Below, piece after piece: positions 55,181-62,370 of a DNA stretch of 62,370 nucleotides. Position 1 is the first letter of the stretch. Each line of letters begins with the position of its first letter. The stretch comes from an uncultured bacterium (lineage in GTDB: Bacteria; Patescibacteriota; Minisyncoccia; Phycocordibacterales; GWA1-40-21), in the NCBI GenBank assembly GCA_903822075.1, contig CAIJNK010000022.1, positions 1 through 62,370 on the forward strand, read 5' to 3'. A program made the translations under genes and the position numbers. Below the pieces are notes generated by a model. It searched no databases. It was not told the origin of the DNA and worked only from the letters and a program-made list of their open reading frames with translations.

Positions 55181-55522
55181 TTAAAGCGAAGGGTCAATCA
55201 GTTTGATACGATTAGCTTTTAGTTTGAGATAGTCCGCCTGTTTTGTCTGCAAGGCTTGGAGATCGGCCTCTAATCTTTTTATGTTGACCGTTTTTACGGA
55301 AACGTCCGCCGGTTCCTCCGTCGGTGGAAGATAACCACCGGCTAACTGATCACTCAGGTATATTTGCCAGGCGAAAAGAGACAGAGAAATGAGTCCAAGG
55401 GCAAAAAGAGAAACAATGATTTTCCAATCTCGCGCAAAACGTGTTGGGTAAGCGGCTGGACCAATCCCCTCTGGTTTCTTGGTTCCGTGCTTAATAATAT
55501 TCTTTAAACTTATGTTTTTCAT
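55181..55522 (-). CDS. Single-TM protein, PilP-position gene of the pilus alignment cluster
   Basis: One TM plus coiled tail; fourth gene after pilM. Confidence 0.5.
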   Translation of the reverse strand: MKNISLKNIIKHGTKKPEGIGPAAYPTRFARDWKIIVSLFALGLISLSLFAWQIYLSDQLAGGYLPPTEEPADVSVKTVNIKRLEADLQALQTKQADYLKLKANRIKLIDPSL

Positions 55523-55546
55523 GTTTGAAATTTATTTTAGAAAAAA

Positions 55547-56083
55547 TTATTTTTTCAGTTTAGCCACCGAAAAATCCAAATCGGCTGACCATACTTTATC
55601 TGAACTAACGCTAAAAGTAACGCTGTTTATGGTTGATATAACCGGTAAATTCTCGATGGCCTGCAGAAAATTAGAGATATTATTCCACGAGCCGGAAATA
55701 CTGAATCGATACCTGATGGCGGAGACCACATCGGATGAACCAAGCTCACTTATGGCTTCATAAGCCAGAGTCTTTTTCTGGGTCACTTTATTTTGTAAGG
55801 CCAGATCTTCCAAGTATTTGGTAAAATTCAAAGTTTCAACATCACCGGCCGCCACAAAATAACCAATAAGCTTTTCCCGATCGTCCTTTGAACTCGCAAT
55901 GGAGGACTTTAAACTTACTTCTCTGGCTCTCTCTTGGGTGGAGATATCCCACTGCTTGACTTTGTCATTGATACTCATAATTCTGCCTAAAAGCAGATCT
56001 GTAAAAATAACGTCCAAAACTAAGACACCGATCAAAACAACGGTAGAAAAGATAAGTACTTTTTTCGAATAATTTATTTTCAT
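55547..56083 (-). CDS. PilO-like protein
   Basis: TM, coiled coil, then ferredoxin-like G.W..I..FL..IENLP. Confidence 0.65.
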   Translation of the reverse strand: MKINYSKKVLIFSTVVLIGVLVLDVIFTDLLLGRIMSINDKVKQWDISTQERAREVSLKSSIASSKDDREKLIGYFVAAGDVETLNFTKYLEDLALQNKVTQKKTLAYEAISELGSSDVVSAIRYRFSISGSWNNISNFLQAIENLPVISTINSVTFSVSSDKVWSADLDFSVAKLKK

Positions 56084-56625
56084 AACGTGGTTTTAATATT
56101 TAAAGTGAAAGGGATATCACGATCATTGGCATAGTCTGAAACCGGATAATCCACGCTCGCAAATCCCGCCTTGGACCGCAGATCTTCGATAAAGGTCACC
56201 AATCCTTCACGGTTCTTGGAAACACCGCCAACGACGATCAGTGCCACTCCGGCTTTTTGAAGACTGAAAGAATAATTGGTCAGACGGATACTGCTGTTTT
56301 TATTTTCAATCACCTTCGAAAAATATGTCGACGGGGTGACTTGGCTGCCGTTATACAACTCTTCCACCTTTAATTCGTCCAGTGTCTCCGCCACTACTTG
56401 GGTAGCACTCTCACCAACATTTTCTTTATTCTCCACGTTAATAGCATTTTTAAATGATTCGGCGGCCTGGTTATCTTTTTCGCTCACGGAAAAATAATAA
56501 GGTACAACATATGCCAAAAGAAAACTGCCTAGTAAGGAAAGAACGAGGAGAGAAAGAGCACAGAGTCGGATAAAATAATCCAGTCTTATCCCCTTTTTTT
56601 GTTTTGTGGTAATTAAATTTGCCAT
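56080..56625 (-). CDS. PilN-like protein
   Basis: TM, then I.V.GVSKNREGLV.FIE.L; located between pilM and pilO-like genes. Confidence 0.65.
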   Translation of the reverse strand: MANLITTKQKKGIRLDYFIRLCALSLLVLSLLGSFLLAYVVPYYFSVSEKDNQAAESFKNAINVENKENVGESATQVVAETLDELKVEELYNGSQVTPSTYFSKVIENKNSSIRLTNYSFSLQKAGVALIVVGGVSKNREGLVTFIEDLRSKAGFASVDYPVSDYANDRDIPFTLNIKTTL

Positions 56626-56628
56626 TGT

Positions 56629-57693
56629 TTAAAACAAGCTTAGACCATTTACCGCCGCCAGATCGAGTGAATCCAACTTGTTGATCTCCGGAACATAATC
56701 ACGCAAATCAAAATTGTTTACCCAGATATTGCCAACTTCCACGTTCATATTCAAATTTAAGGATAGATATTTGTCAAAACCGACGATCATTGCATCTCGT
56801 CCGCACAAGATAATCCTGTCTACCTGAGTATCCACATCTTCGCGCTCATTACAGTAAGAAATAAACTTATAAATTTCATCTTTAATGGCGGAAATAGTAT
56901 TGATCAAATAGGAAAATATTTCCATGTTGTCAGGATTCTCGCTATAAAGTTTTTCTCTCTTTATTTTTAAAGCCTCTTCCGGTGAAACCTTAAAATATTT
57001 GGCCAACAAATCAGTGAATGTTGAACTACCAAAATTCAAAGAGGAGGTCTGGCACACCACACCATATACCGCCAAAGACAAAATAATGTTTGACTCCCTA
57101 ATACTAACCAGCACAACCACCTGTTCATTACCTTCACGTACCACCGCTTTTGCCACATTGTTTGACTCTGGACTGAAAAAAATCGGAGTTAAGCCGGCTG
57201 ATTCAAAAAGATTCTGTAATTCTTCCACGAGCTTGAGAGAGGTCACGGAGACCACTACCTCTAACCCATTTTTATGACTTGGACTAGGCACAACATCATA
57301 ATCAAAAACTGCTTCTTTGGCTGACAGAGGAACGTTTTCTTCAATTTTAAAGTCCAAAATATCTCGGACTTCTTTAGCGCTGAGATCCGGCAAATGAGTC
57401 TTAAAAATATAAGTTTTTTCTTCCGGAATCGAAAAACGGACAAAGCTGACATTGGTTTTTTTTCGGATTTCGTAAAGAGCCTTCAGCACTGGCTCCTTCC
57501 TAATGATTTCCCCTTGTGCCATCGTACCGGCCGGTAATGGCAACCAACCATGAACGTTGGGCAATAAGCCTTTTTCTGTGCTTTTATTTAGTAAAAAATA
57601 GACACCCTCGGGTAATATTTCCAAGGAAACAGACGGCATTTCTAAAAATTTGGGTGGCGTAAATAATTTTGAATATTGTGCTTTATGAGACAT
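56629..57693 (-). CDS. pilM: Type IV pilus assembly protein PilM
   Basis: Actin-like fold motifs (IE..VPL...EA.FDY, GSSTFT, IILCG); operon context. Confidence 0.8.
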   Translation of the reverse strand: MSHKAQYSKLFTPPKFLEMPSVSLEILPEGVYFLLNKSTEKGLLPNVHGWLPLPAGTMAQGEIIRKEPVLKALYEIRKKTNVSFVRFSIPEEKTYIFKTHLPDLSAKEVRDILDFKIEENVPLSAKEAVFDYDVVPSPSHKNGLEVVVSVTSLKLVEELQNLFESAGLTPIFFSPESNNVAKAVVREGNEQVVVLVSIRESNIILSLAVYGVVCQTSSLNFGSSTFTDLLAKYFKVSPEEALKIKREKLYSENPDNMEIFSYLINTISAIKDEIYKFISYCNEREDVDTQVDRIILCGRDAMIVGFDKYLSLNLNMNVEVGNIWVNNFDLRDYVPEINKLDSLDLAAVNGLSLF

Positions 57694-57749
57694 GGCTTTA
57701 TCTCCGAACATTATAGCACACCGTTTAATCCATTAACAAAGTAAAATAA

Positions 57750-60700
57750 TCACCGGCACCCCAACGCCCCCTTGGCCGCCCCCACCTTGCTCTGGGGGAT
57801 CACATCAATGGTAATCAAAAGATCGATGAATTGGCAGACGGACGGGGCTGGAGCAGTTGAGGCTTCCTGCTTCAGGATACTATTCACATACTTGATGGAA
57901 CCCAGACCAAAGACACCGGTGCCTTTGGTGACACCGGCCGGTTTCAGGATGTTCGTGTAGTGAGCATTCTGGAAGCGGATGAGAGCGAGTCTGGTGGCAT
58001 CATTGAAGTAAGCGGTTTCGTGAGAGGGAGAACTGGTGCCGGTCTTGGCAATGATGAAGCCGTGGGTGTTCAGGAAGATTTGGAGATATTTCACGTCTGG
58101 GTCCGTAGTGTAAGGGTTTAGGATATGGGTGAAGAGGAAGAGGGGGGTGCTGGCACCTGGGGTGGAAGTGGCAGTGATGAGAGGTGAAGTTGAGGTGGCC
58201 AGAGTGCAGGCTTGAGTGGTGGTGGCCACGGTGGAGCAGTTGGTGGGGGTTTTGGTGAGGACTAAACGGGTTTGAAGGGTGGAGGTGGCGGTGCAGGGAG
58301 ACCAGGGGGAATAGGTGATGGCAGAGCAGACAGGGGGTGGCGGAGTACCGCCACCTCCTCCACCTCCGATGTAAGGAGGAACATATGTGCAGGATTGGGA
58401 TAAAACAGGAGTGCCTCCGGTGCAACCGGAGGGAGAGGAAGTGACTACGGTGTGGGTTTGAGTTCCCGAAACAGGACAAACGGCCGGTGACCAAGCGGTG
58501 TAGGTGAAGGAGGTGCAGGTGGGAGGACCTGGTGGCGGAGTGGTTGTGTATTCGTAGGCGCCGATGTCCCAAGGAACATTCCGAGTAATCCCATCTTTAT
58601 CTTTTGTAAAAGAGACTGATAAATTTAATCCGACGTCTTTCAAGGGGCTTATGGATTGAAGATGATAATCTTGCGATAAAACATTCACAAACTTCGGGTC
58701 ACCTCCATTTATCGAGGGAGAACCTTCGGTAAAATAGGCCGTGCTTTTTGTGGTATATGAGGGACCCCCGCAATAATTATTCGAAGCGGTTAACCCCGAA
58801 GCATTATTAGTTGCGTAACATCCCTTATCAGTATGTGTTGGCTCGTCCCCGCAATTGAGGAAAACATTATTTTTCACCTCGACCCCAGTTGAATGAGAAC
58901 CGAACGAAATAGCGTTAGAACTGAATGTTCTCGTAGTGCCAAACAAATAATACATATACCCGACTGTATCAAAAACGTTGTTATAAATTTTAAGATTACT
59001 AAAGGCTTGTCCGTTATCTTGTGACATTAATCCAACTCTATAAAAAATATTATTTCTAAAAACAATATTATCTACGACCGTGCCCTGCGGCTGGCAAATA
59101 TTATTTCCATACCACACCTGCACCTTGGCGTCGTGAACATAATTGCCTTCTATGAGAATATTCCTAACGTCGTACGAGGTAGCGCAAGCGTTATCATTGG
59201 TAAACCATTGCACAAAATCGCCATGATTACGATCCACATTGGCATCTTTATCCATATTCTTCACTTCATTAAAAGAAATTATGTGATTGGTGCCATGAAC
59301 TCTAAACGCATCAGTATCTTTGCAATCTTTAATTATACTATGTGTGACCGTTACACTATCTGTCCCCAATCCGTCCCGTCTGTCGGCCTCGCCCACAGAC
59401 ACAGCATAAGTATCGTCAATATTTTGCACGGTTGAACCAGTCATTAAATCATGGTCTCCAAACAGGCTGATTCCTTCCAAATCAGTAATATTATGCCCGT
59501 CTATAGTGCTCCCATTAATAATCAGGTGATCGCTGCACCTATTCGCGTAAAGAATACTATATGAAGAATTTGAAGCGCTGCCAATGATAAGATTATTGAG
59601 AATTACATATGACGCACAGTTTGTATGATTGTCGGATGAGCCAATAAATATCTGCTTTACATAAACGTCCCCACTTCCTGTAAATGTTATCGGATTTCCG
59701 GCTGTCCCCGAATGAGTCACAGTAACAGTCTCATCATAAGTCCCGGCATAAATCAAACAAGTCTGGCCGGAGGTTACGGCATTTGCGCAAGCCTGAACTG
59801 TTGTATATGTATTTAGAACAGAATTAGAGACAGATATAAGCTCAACTTTTTTAGCAGTAAAATTCGCGGTGATGGTTTTGTTTCCGTTCATAGTGACGGT
59901 TATGGGATTGGTGGTGCCGGTTGCGTCACCGGTCCAGTTGAGGAAGGTGTAACCTGTGCTTGGATTGGCGGTAATAGTGACGGAGGTGCCTGAGTCGTAA
60001 GTGGCTTGGTCGGGAGACTTGGTGACGGTGCCGTTTGTTGCCGGGGTGGAGAGGGTGTAAGAGACAACATTCATACACGTGGCTGAACAAGTGTCACCCG
60101 GGGTGCCGTTATGGGCGGTGCCGTGGTCGCATTGTTCTTGGATTTGGGTGGCGGGTTCGAATTTGAAGGCGTCGGCGAAGACGTAGCCGTCGGTGGCGCT
60201 TGTGGTTTGGACTAGGGAATATTCGTCGCCTAAACCATTAAAGTCGTAGGTGCCGATTTGGTTCCATTGTCCGCCGTTGGTGGATTCGTTGAAGGTGACC
60301 GGTGTGGTGGTTCCGCTGTGTTTGATGACAATCGGGACTTGGGTGGCTCCGGGGTAAGTGCTGTCTCCTTGAGGATACCAAATGGAAACCTTGTAGCTTC
60401 CGGCGGCTGTGAGATTGGGATTAAACTTTACAGTCTTTGTTCCTTTGCCCGTGTTACCGTCATGAAGGTAGTTGGTACTGTACATTGTTGTGGAGAAATA
60501 TGTTGAGGGTGTCCAGCCTGTGGAGATATCGCCAGATGGGATGTTGGTGTTGTCTACAATGGTGGGAGCAACTGTGTCTTGGTTAACAACTCCATCTCCA
60601 CAATATGATGGTTGAGGGTCAATGAGGGAAAGAGGATGAGGGTAGACGTAGGGGGTGTAATAGGCGGTCCAGGTGTCGGGAGCGGTGCATTTGTATAATG

Positions 60701-62370
60701 TGCCTTTTATTGGAGTGGTTGGATTAGCTCCAACATTGGCGTCGTCAACGCCGGCACAGTTTTGATCGGTGGCCCAATAGCCGACACCAGTGGTGCAAGT
60801 GGGAGGCATGTCGGCTTGGTGACCACAACCGATGCCAGTGGTGCCGTCGAAAGAAGGCTTCTGGTTGTAAAATTGGCTATTTTCCGATAAAACCTTACAA
60901 CAATCTGATATAATTTTATATTTAGACGTGTTATCTGGGTCAGTGCTCCAATTGTTATTTACCGTCACTCTTGTATCAGTAACTGATGAAATTTGTTCAG
61001 TTTGTCCAGCGCCAGTACCATCATAAATATTTAATCCGTACGTAGTTGGGAATGAATTAGAAAAAGAACCAGAAAAGTTTTGTGTGCTATCATCTAAATA
61101 ATTATCACCTCCACCGGTTGCAGAACCGCTTAATGGAACAAATAATGCGCCCAAAATGGGTGTAGTAGTGTTTTTTCTGTTATTCCAATAATAAGTGTCA
61201 TGAATATGCTGAGGTTCTAAACTTGTCGTAGGGTTATCAGAATCTGTCCATTCTTCTCTTACTTGCATAGAAGTATTTCCAGTCGTGACAATATTATTAC
61301 CGAATACTAATGTTTTTCCGCCTCTTTGATCTAATAAATCAACCTTATTCGAACCAGATTGAACTAAATTACCATAAATTTCTCCTCCGAAGCATGACCA
61401 CATGCTCGCACCAGGATTTGAGCTATAATGATTGCCGTGCATATCAAATAAAGGACTGGCATTAACCGGCATCACAATAGTATTGTATCTATAAGCATAT
61501 CTTCCTGAATATTGGCAATCTTCAACCACACCGGATGAAACGCCGGAAAAATTATTATCCTCGTAGTAAAGATTGTCGTTGGCGCCAAATGTAAAAGTAA
61601 AATTATCCCAAAAAGAAGAGTTTCCGATTCCTGCATCGCTACGCGCCGGATACGCAATATTTTCGAAATTACAGTTATCAACGACGCCAAACATTCTGGC
61701 ATGACTAAAAATTGCGTTATGAGATTGAGTTGGGGCATTTAAAAAATGTATATGATCAATTCTTATTCCGGTTTGAATTGTAAATGGGGCATCCCTACCT
61801 CCAACCCCCAATGATATTCCCGAAGACTCATCACCAAAATCCATAGTTAAGCCCGTAACTCTAAAGGGTTTATTTGCGGAATAATTTAAAGGTTCATAGG
61901 TAATAAAATAAAATCCACCCGCGCCGGCAGTTAAAATAGTATTACCAATTCCTAATCCTTTTAATAGAATTCCTTTATTAATTGTAACACCGCTGTTCCA
62001 CGTGCAATTCCCCGCCGGGACCACCACGATGTCGCCGTCGGAGGCGGAGTCGATGGCGGTTTGGACGGCGGGTTGCTCGCAGGAGGTGGCGACAATGGTG
62101 TGGCCGGTGACGCACTGGGTGGTGTTGTAGCTTTTGCAGTCGGAGTTGCAGGTGAGGGTGCCCGAGACAAAGCCGGCAGCGACGGTGGAGCAAGTGTAGT
62201 TGTTGACGCCTTCGGAAGCGTTGGTGTCGCTTCCATCACAAGCTTCACCGGGGTCCACCTTGCCGTTACCACAGGAAGGCAAGGGGTCGTTATTGGTGAA
62301 AGGAGTGCTGGTGACCGTGTCGGCAAAGGAAAGCTCTGGTCTGGGGAGAGTGAAGTTCTCATGTTTGGCG
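57750..62370 (-). CDS. Giant secreted surface protein (5'-partial): Cys-rich repeats, two right-handed beta-helix domains, golvesin-like domain, InlB-B/Flg_new repeat, choice-of-anchor-Q-like motif, peptidoglycan-binding tail
   Basis: Frame open to the window end; CGNGKVDPGEACD; GGQWNQIG.Y.F..FADAF; GYTFLNWTGD; DYHLQS.SP..D.G..WDIGAYE; C-terminus similar to 409..4203. Confidence 0.8.
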   Translation of the reverse strand, partial: AKHENFTLPRPELSFADTVTSTPFTNNDPLPSCGNGKVDPGEACDGSDTNASEGVNNYTCSTVAAGFVSGTLTCNSDCKSYNTTQCVTGHTIVATSCEQPAVQTAIDSASDGDIVVVPAGNCTWNSGVTINKGILLKGLGIGNTILTAGAGGFYFITYEPLNYSANKPFRVTGLTMDFGDESSGISLGVGGRDAPFTIQTGIRIDHIHFLNAPTQSHNAIFSHARMFGVVDNCNFENIAYPARSDAGIGNSSFWDNFTFTFGANDNLYYEDNNFSGVSSGVVEDCQYSGRYAYRYNTIVMPVNASPLFDMHGNHYSSNPGASMWSCFGGEIYGNLVQSGSNKVDLLDQRGGKTLVFGNNIVTTGNTSMQVREEWTDSDNPTTSLEPQHIHDTYYWNNRKNTTTPILGALFVPLSGSATGGGDNYLDDSTQNFSGSFSNSFPTTYGLNIYDGTGAGQTEQISSVTDTRVTVNNNWSTDPDNTSKYKIISDCCKVLSENSQFYNQKPSFDGTTGIGCGHQADMPPTCTTGVGYWATDQNCAGVDDANVGANPTTPIKGTLYKCTAPDTWTAYYTPYVYPHPLSLIDPQPSYCGDGVVNQDTVAPTIVDNTNIPSGDISTGWTPSTYFSTTMYSTNYLHDGNTGKGTKTVKFNPNLTAAGSYKVSIWYPQGDSTYPGATQVPIVIKHSGTTTPVTFNESTNGGQWNQIGTYDFNGLGDEYSLVQTTSATDGYVFADAFKFEPATQIQEQCDHGTAHNGTPGDTCSATCMNVVSYTLSTPATNGTVTKSPDQATYDSGTSVTITANPSTGYTFLNWTGDATGTTNPITVTMNGNKTITANFTAKKVELISVSNSVLNTYTTVQACANAVTSGQTCLIYAGTYDETVTVTHSGTAGNPITFTGSGDVYVKQIFIGSSDNHTNCASYVILNNLIIGSASNSSYSILYANRCSDHLIINGSTIDGHNITDLEGISLFGDHDLMTGSTVQNIDDTYAVSVGEADRRDGLGTDSVTVTHSIIKDCKDTDAFRVHGTNHIISFNEVKNMDKDANVDRNHGDFVQWFTNDNACATSYDVRNILIEGNYVHDAKVQVWYGNNICQPQGTVVDNIVFRNNIFYRVGLMSQDNGQAFSNLKIYNNVFDTVGYMYYLFGTTRTFSSNAISFGSHSTGVEVKNNVFLNCGDEPTHTDKGCYATNNASGLTASNNYCGGPSYTTKSTAYFTEGSPSINGGDPKFVNVLSQDYHLQSISPLKDVGLNLSVSFTKDKDGITRNVPWDIGAYEYTTTPPPGPPTCTSFTYTAWSPAVCPVSGTQTHTVVTSSPSGCTGGTPVLSQSCTYVPPYIGGGGGGGTPPPPVCSAITYSPWSPCTATSTLQTRLVLTKTPTNCSTVATTTQACTLATSTSPLITATSTPGASTPLFLFTHILNPYTTDPDVKYLQIFLNTHGFIIAKTGTSSPSHETAYFNDATRLALIRFQNAHYTNILKPAGVTKGTGVFGLGSIKYVNSILKQEASTAPAPSVCQFIDLLITIDVIPQSKVGAAKGALGCR

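Noticed and set aside
92-62193. Numerous 60-190 aa ORFs antisense to or nested in identified genes (e.g. 4407-4949, 8965-9345, 52468-52881, 53017-53451, 58000-58572)
   Set aside because: They overlap well-supported genes and lack start signals or recognisable motifs.
61961-62362. 133-aa Pro/Thr-rich ORF on the minus strand
   Set aside because: Alternative-frame shadow of the GC-rich part of the giant surface gene, whose own frame is open to the window edge.
1-62370. Integrase, transposase, reverse transcriptase, Cas genes or CRISPR array
   Set aside because: No ORF shows the catalytic motifs, and no regularly spaced 23-47 bp repeats were seen.
1-62370. Alternative genetic code (TGA recoding as in Gracilibacteria/SR1)
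   Set aside because: Conserved genes are full length under code 11, and ileS and glyA end with TGA/TAA at expected positions.

Overview
Fragment of a small-genome bacterium, most likely Patescibacteria/CPR (Parcubacteria-like). This is an inference from: dimeric glycyl-tRNA synthetase, type II IleRS with a domain insertion, secE-nusG-rplK without rplA, pilMNOP-like genes, giant secreted proteins with peptidoglycan-binding tails, and standard stop-codon usage. Most genes lie on the minus strand. Core content: efp, rpsF-ssb-rpsR, tatD/metG, glyQS, recO, ileS, argS, a complete dTMP/folate-cycle cluster (dut, glyA, thyA, folA, dCMP deaminase; folD nearby), secE-nusG-rplK, two ABC systems, tsaC, rplS, an RluA-family gene, pilM-like cluster and four tRNAs (His-GTG, Leu-GAG, Val-TAC, Arg-TCT). 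Many core genes look leaderless (extended -10 box 6-8 nt before ATG). Interspersed between them are orphan genes, each with a full -35/-10 promoter, leader, Shine-Dalgarno and terminator. Strongest leads: (1) a short non-coding element found twice, after tRNA-His and after rplK, carrying both an antisense and a direct copy of its host gene's 3' end around a shared C(AGCA)G hairpin; (2) a tandem pair of divergent SLOG/LSDAT-like proteins next to tRNA-Leu; (3) a histidine-phosphatase domain inserted in IleRS; (4) a nucleotidyltransferase/deaminase/HIT module embedded in the dTMP cluster; (5) an orphan protein with an L7/L12 N-terminal-like segment. No integrase, transposase, reverse transcriptase, rRNA or CRISPR array was recognised. 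All family calls come from manual motif recognition; no database searches were run.
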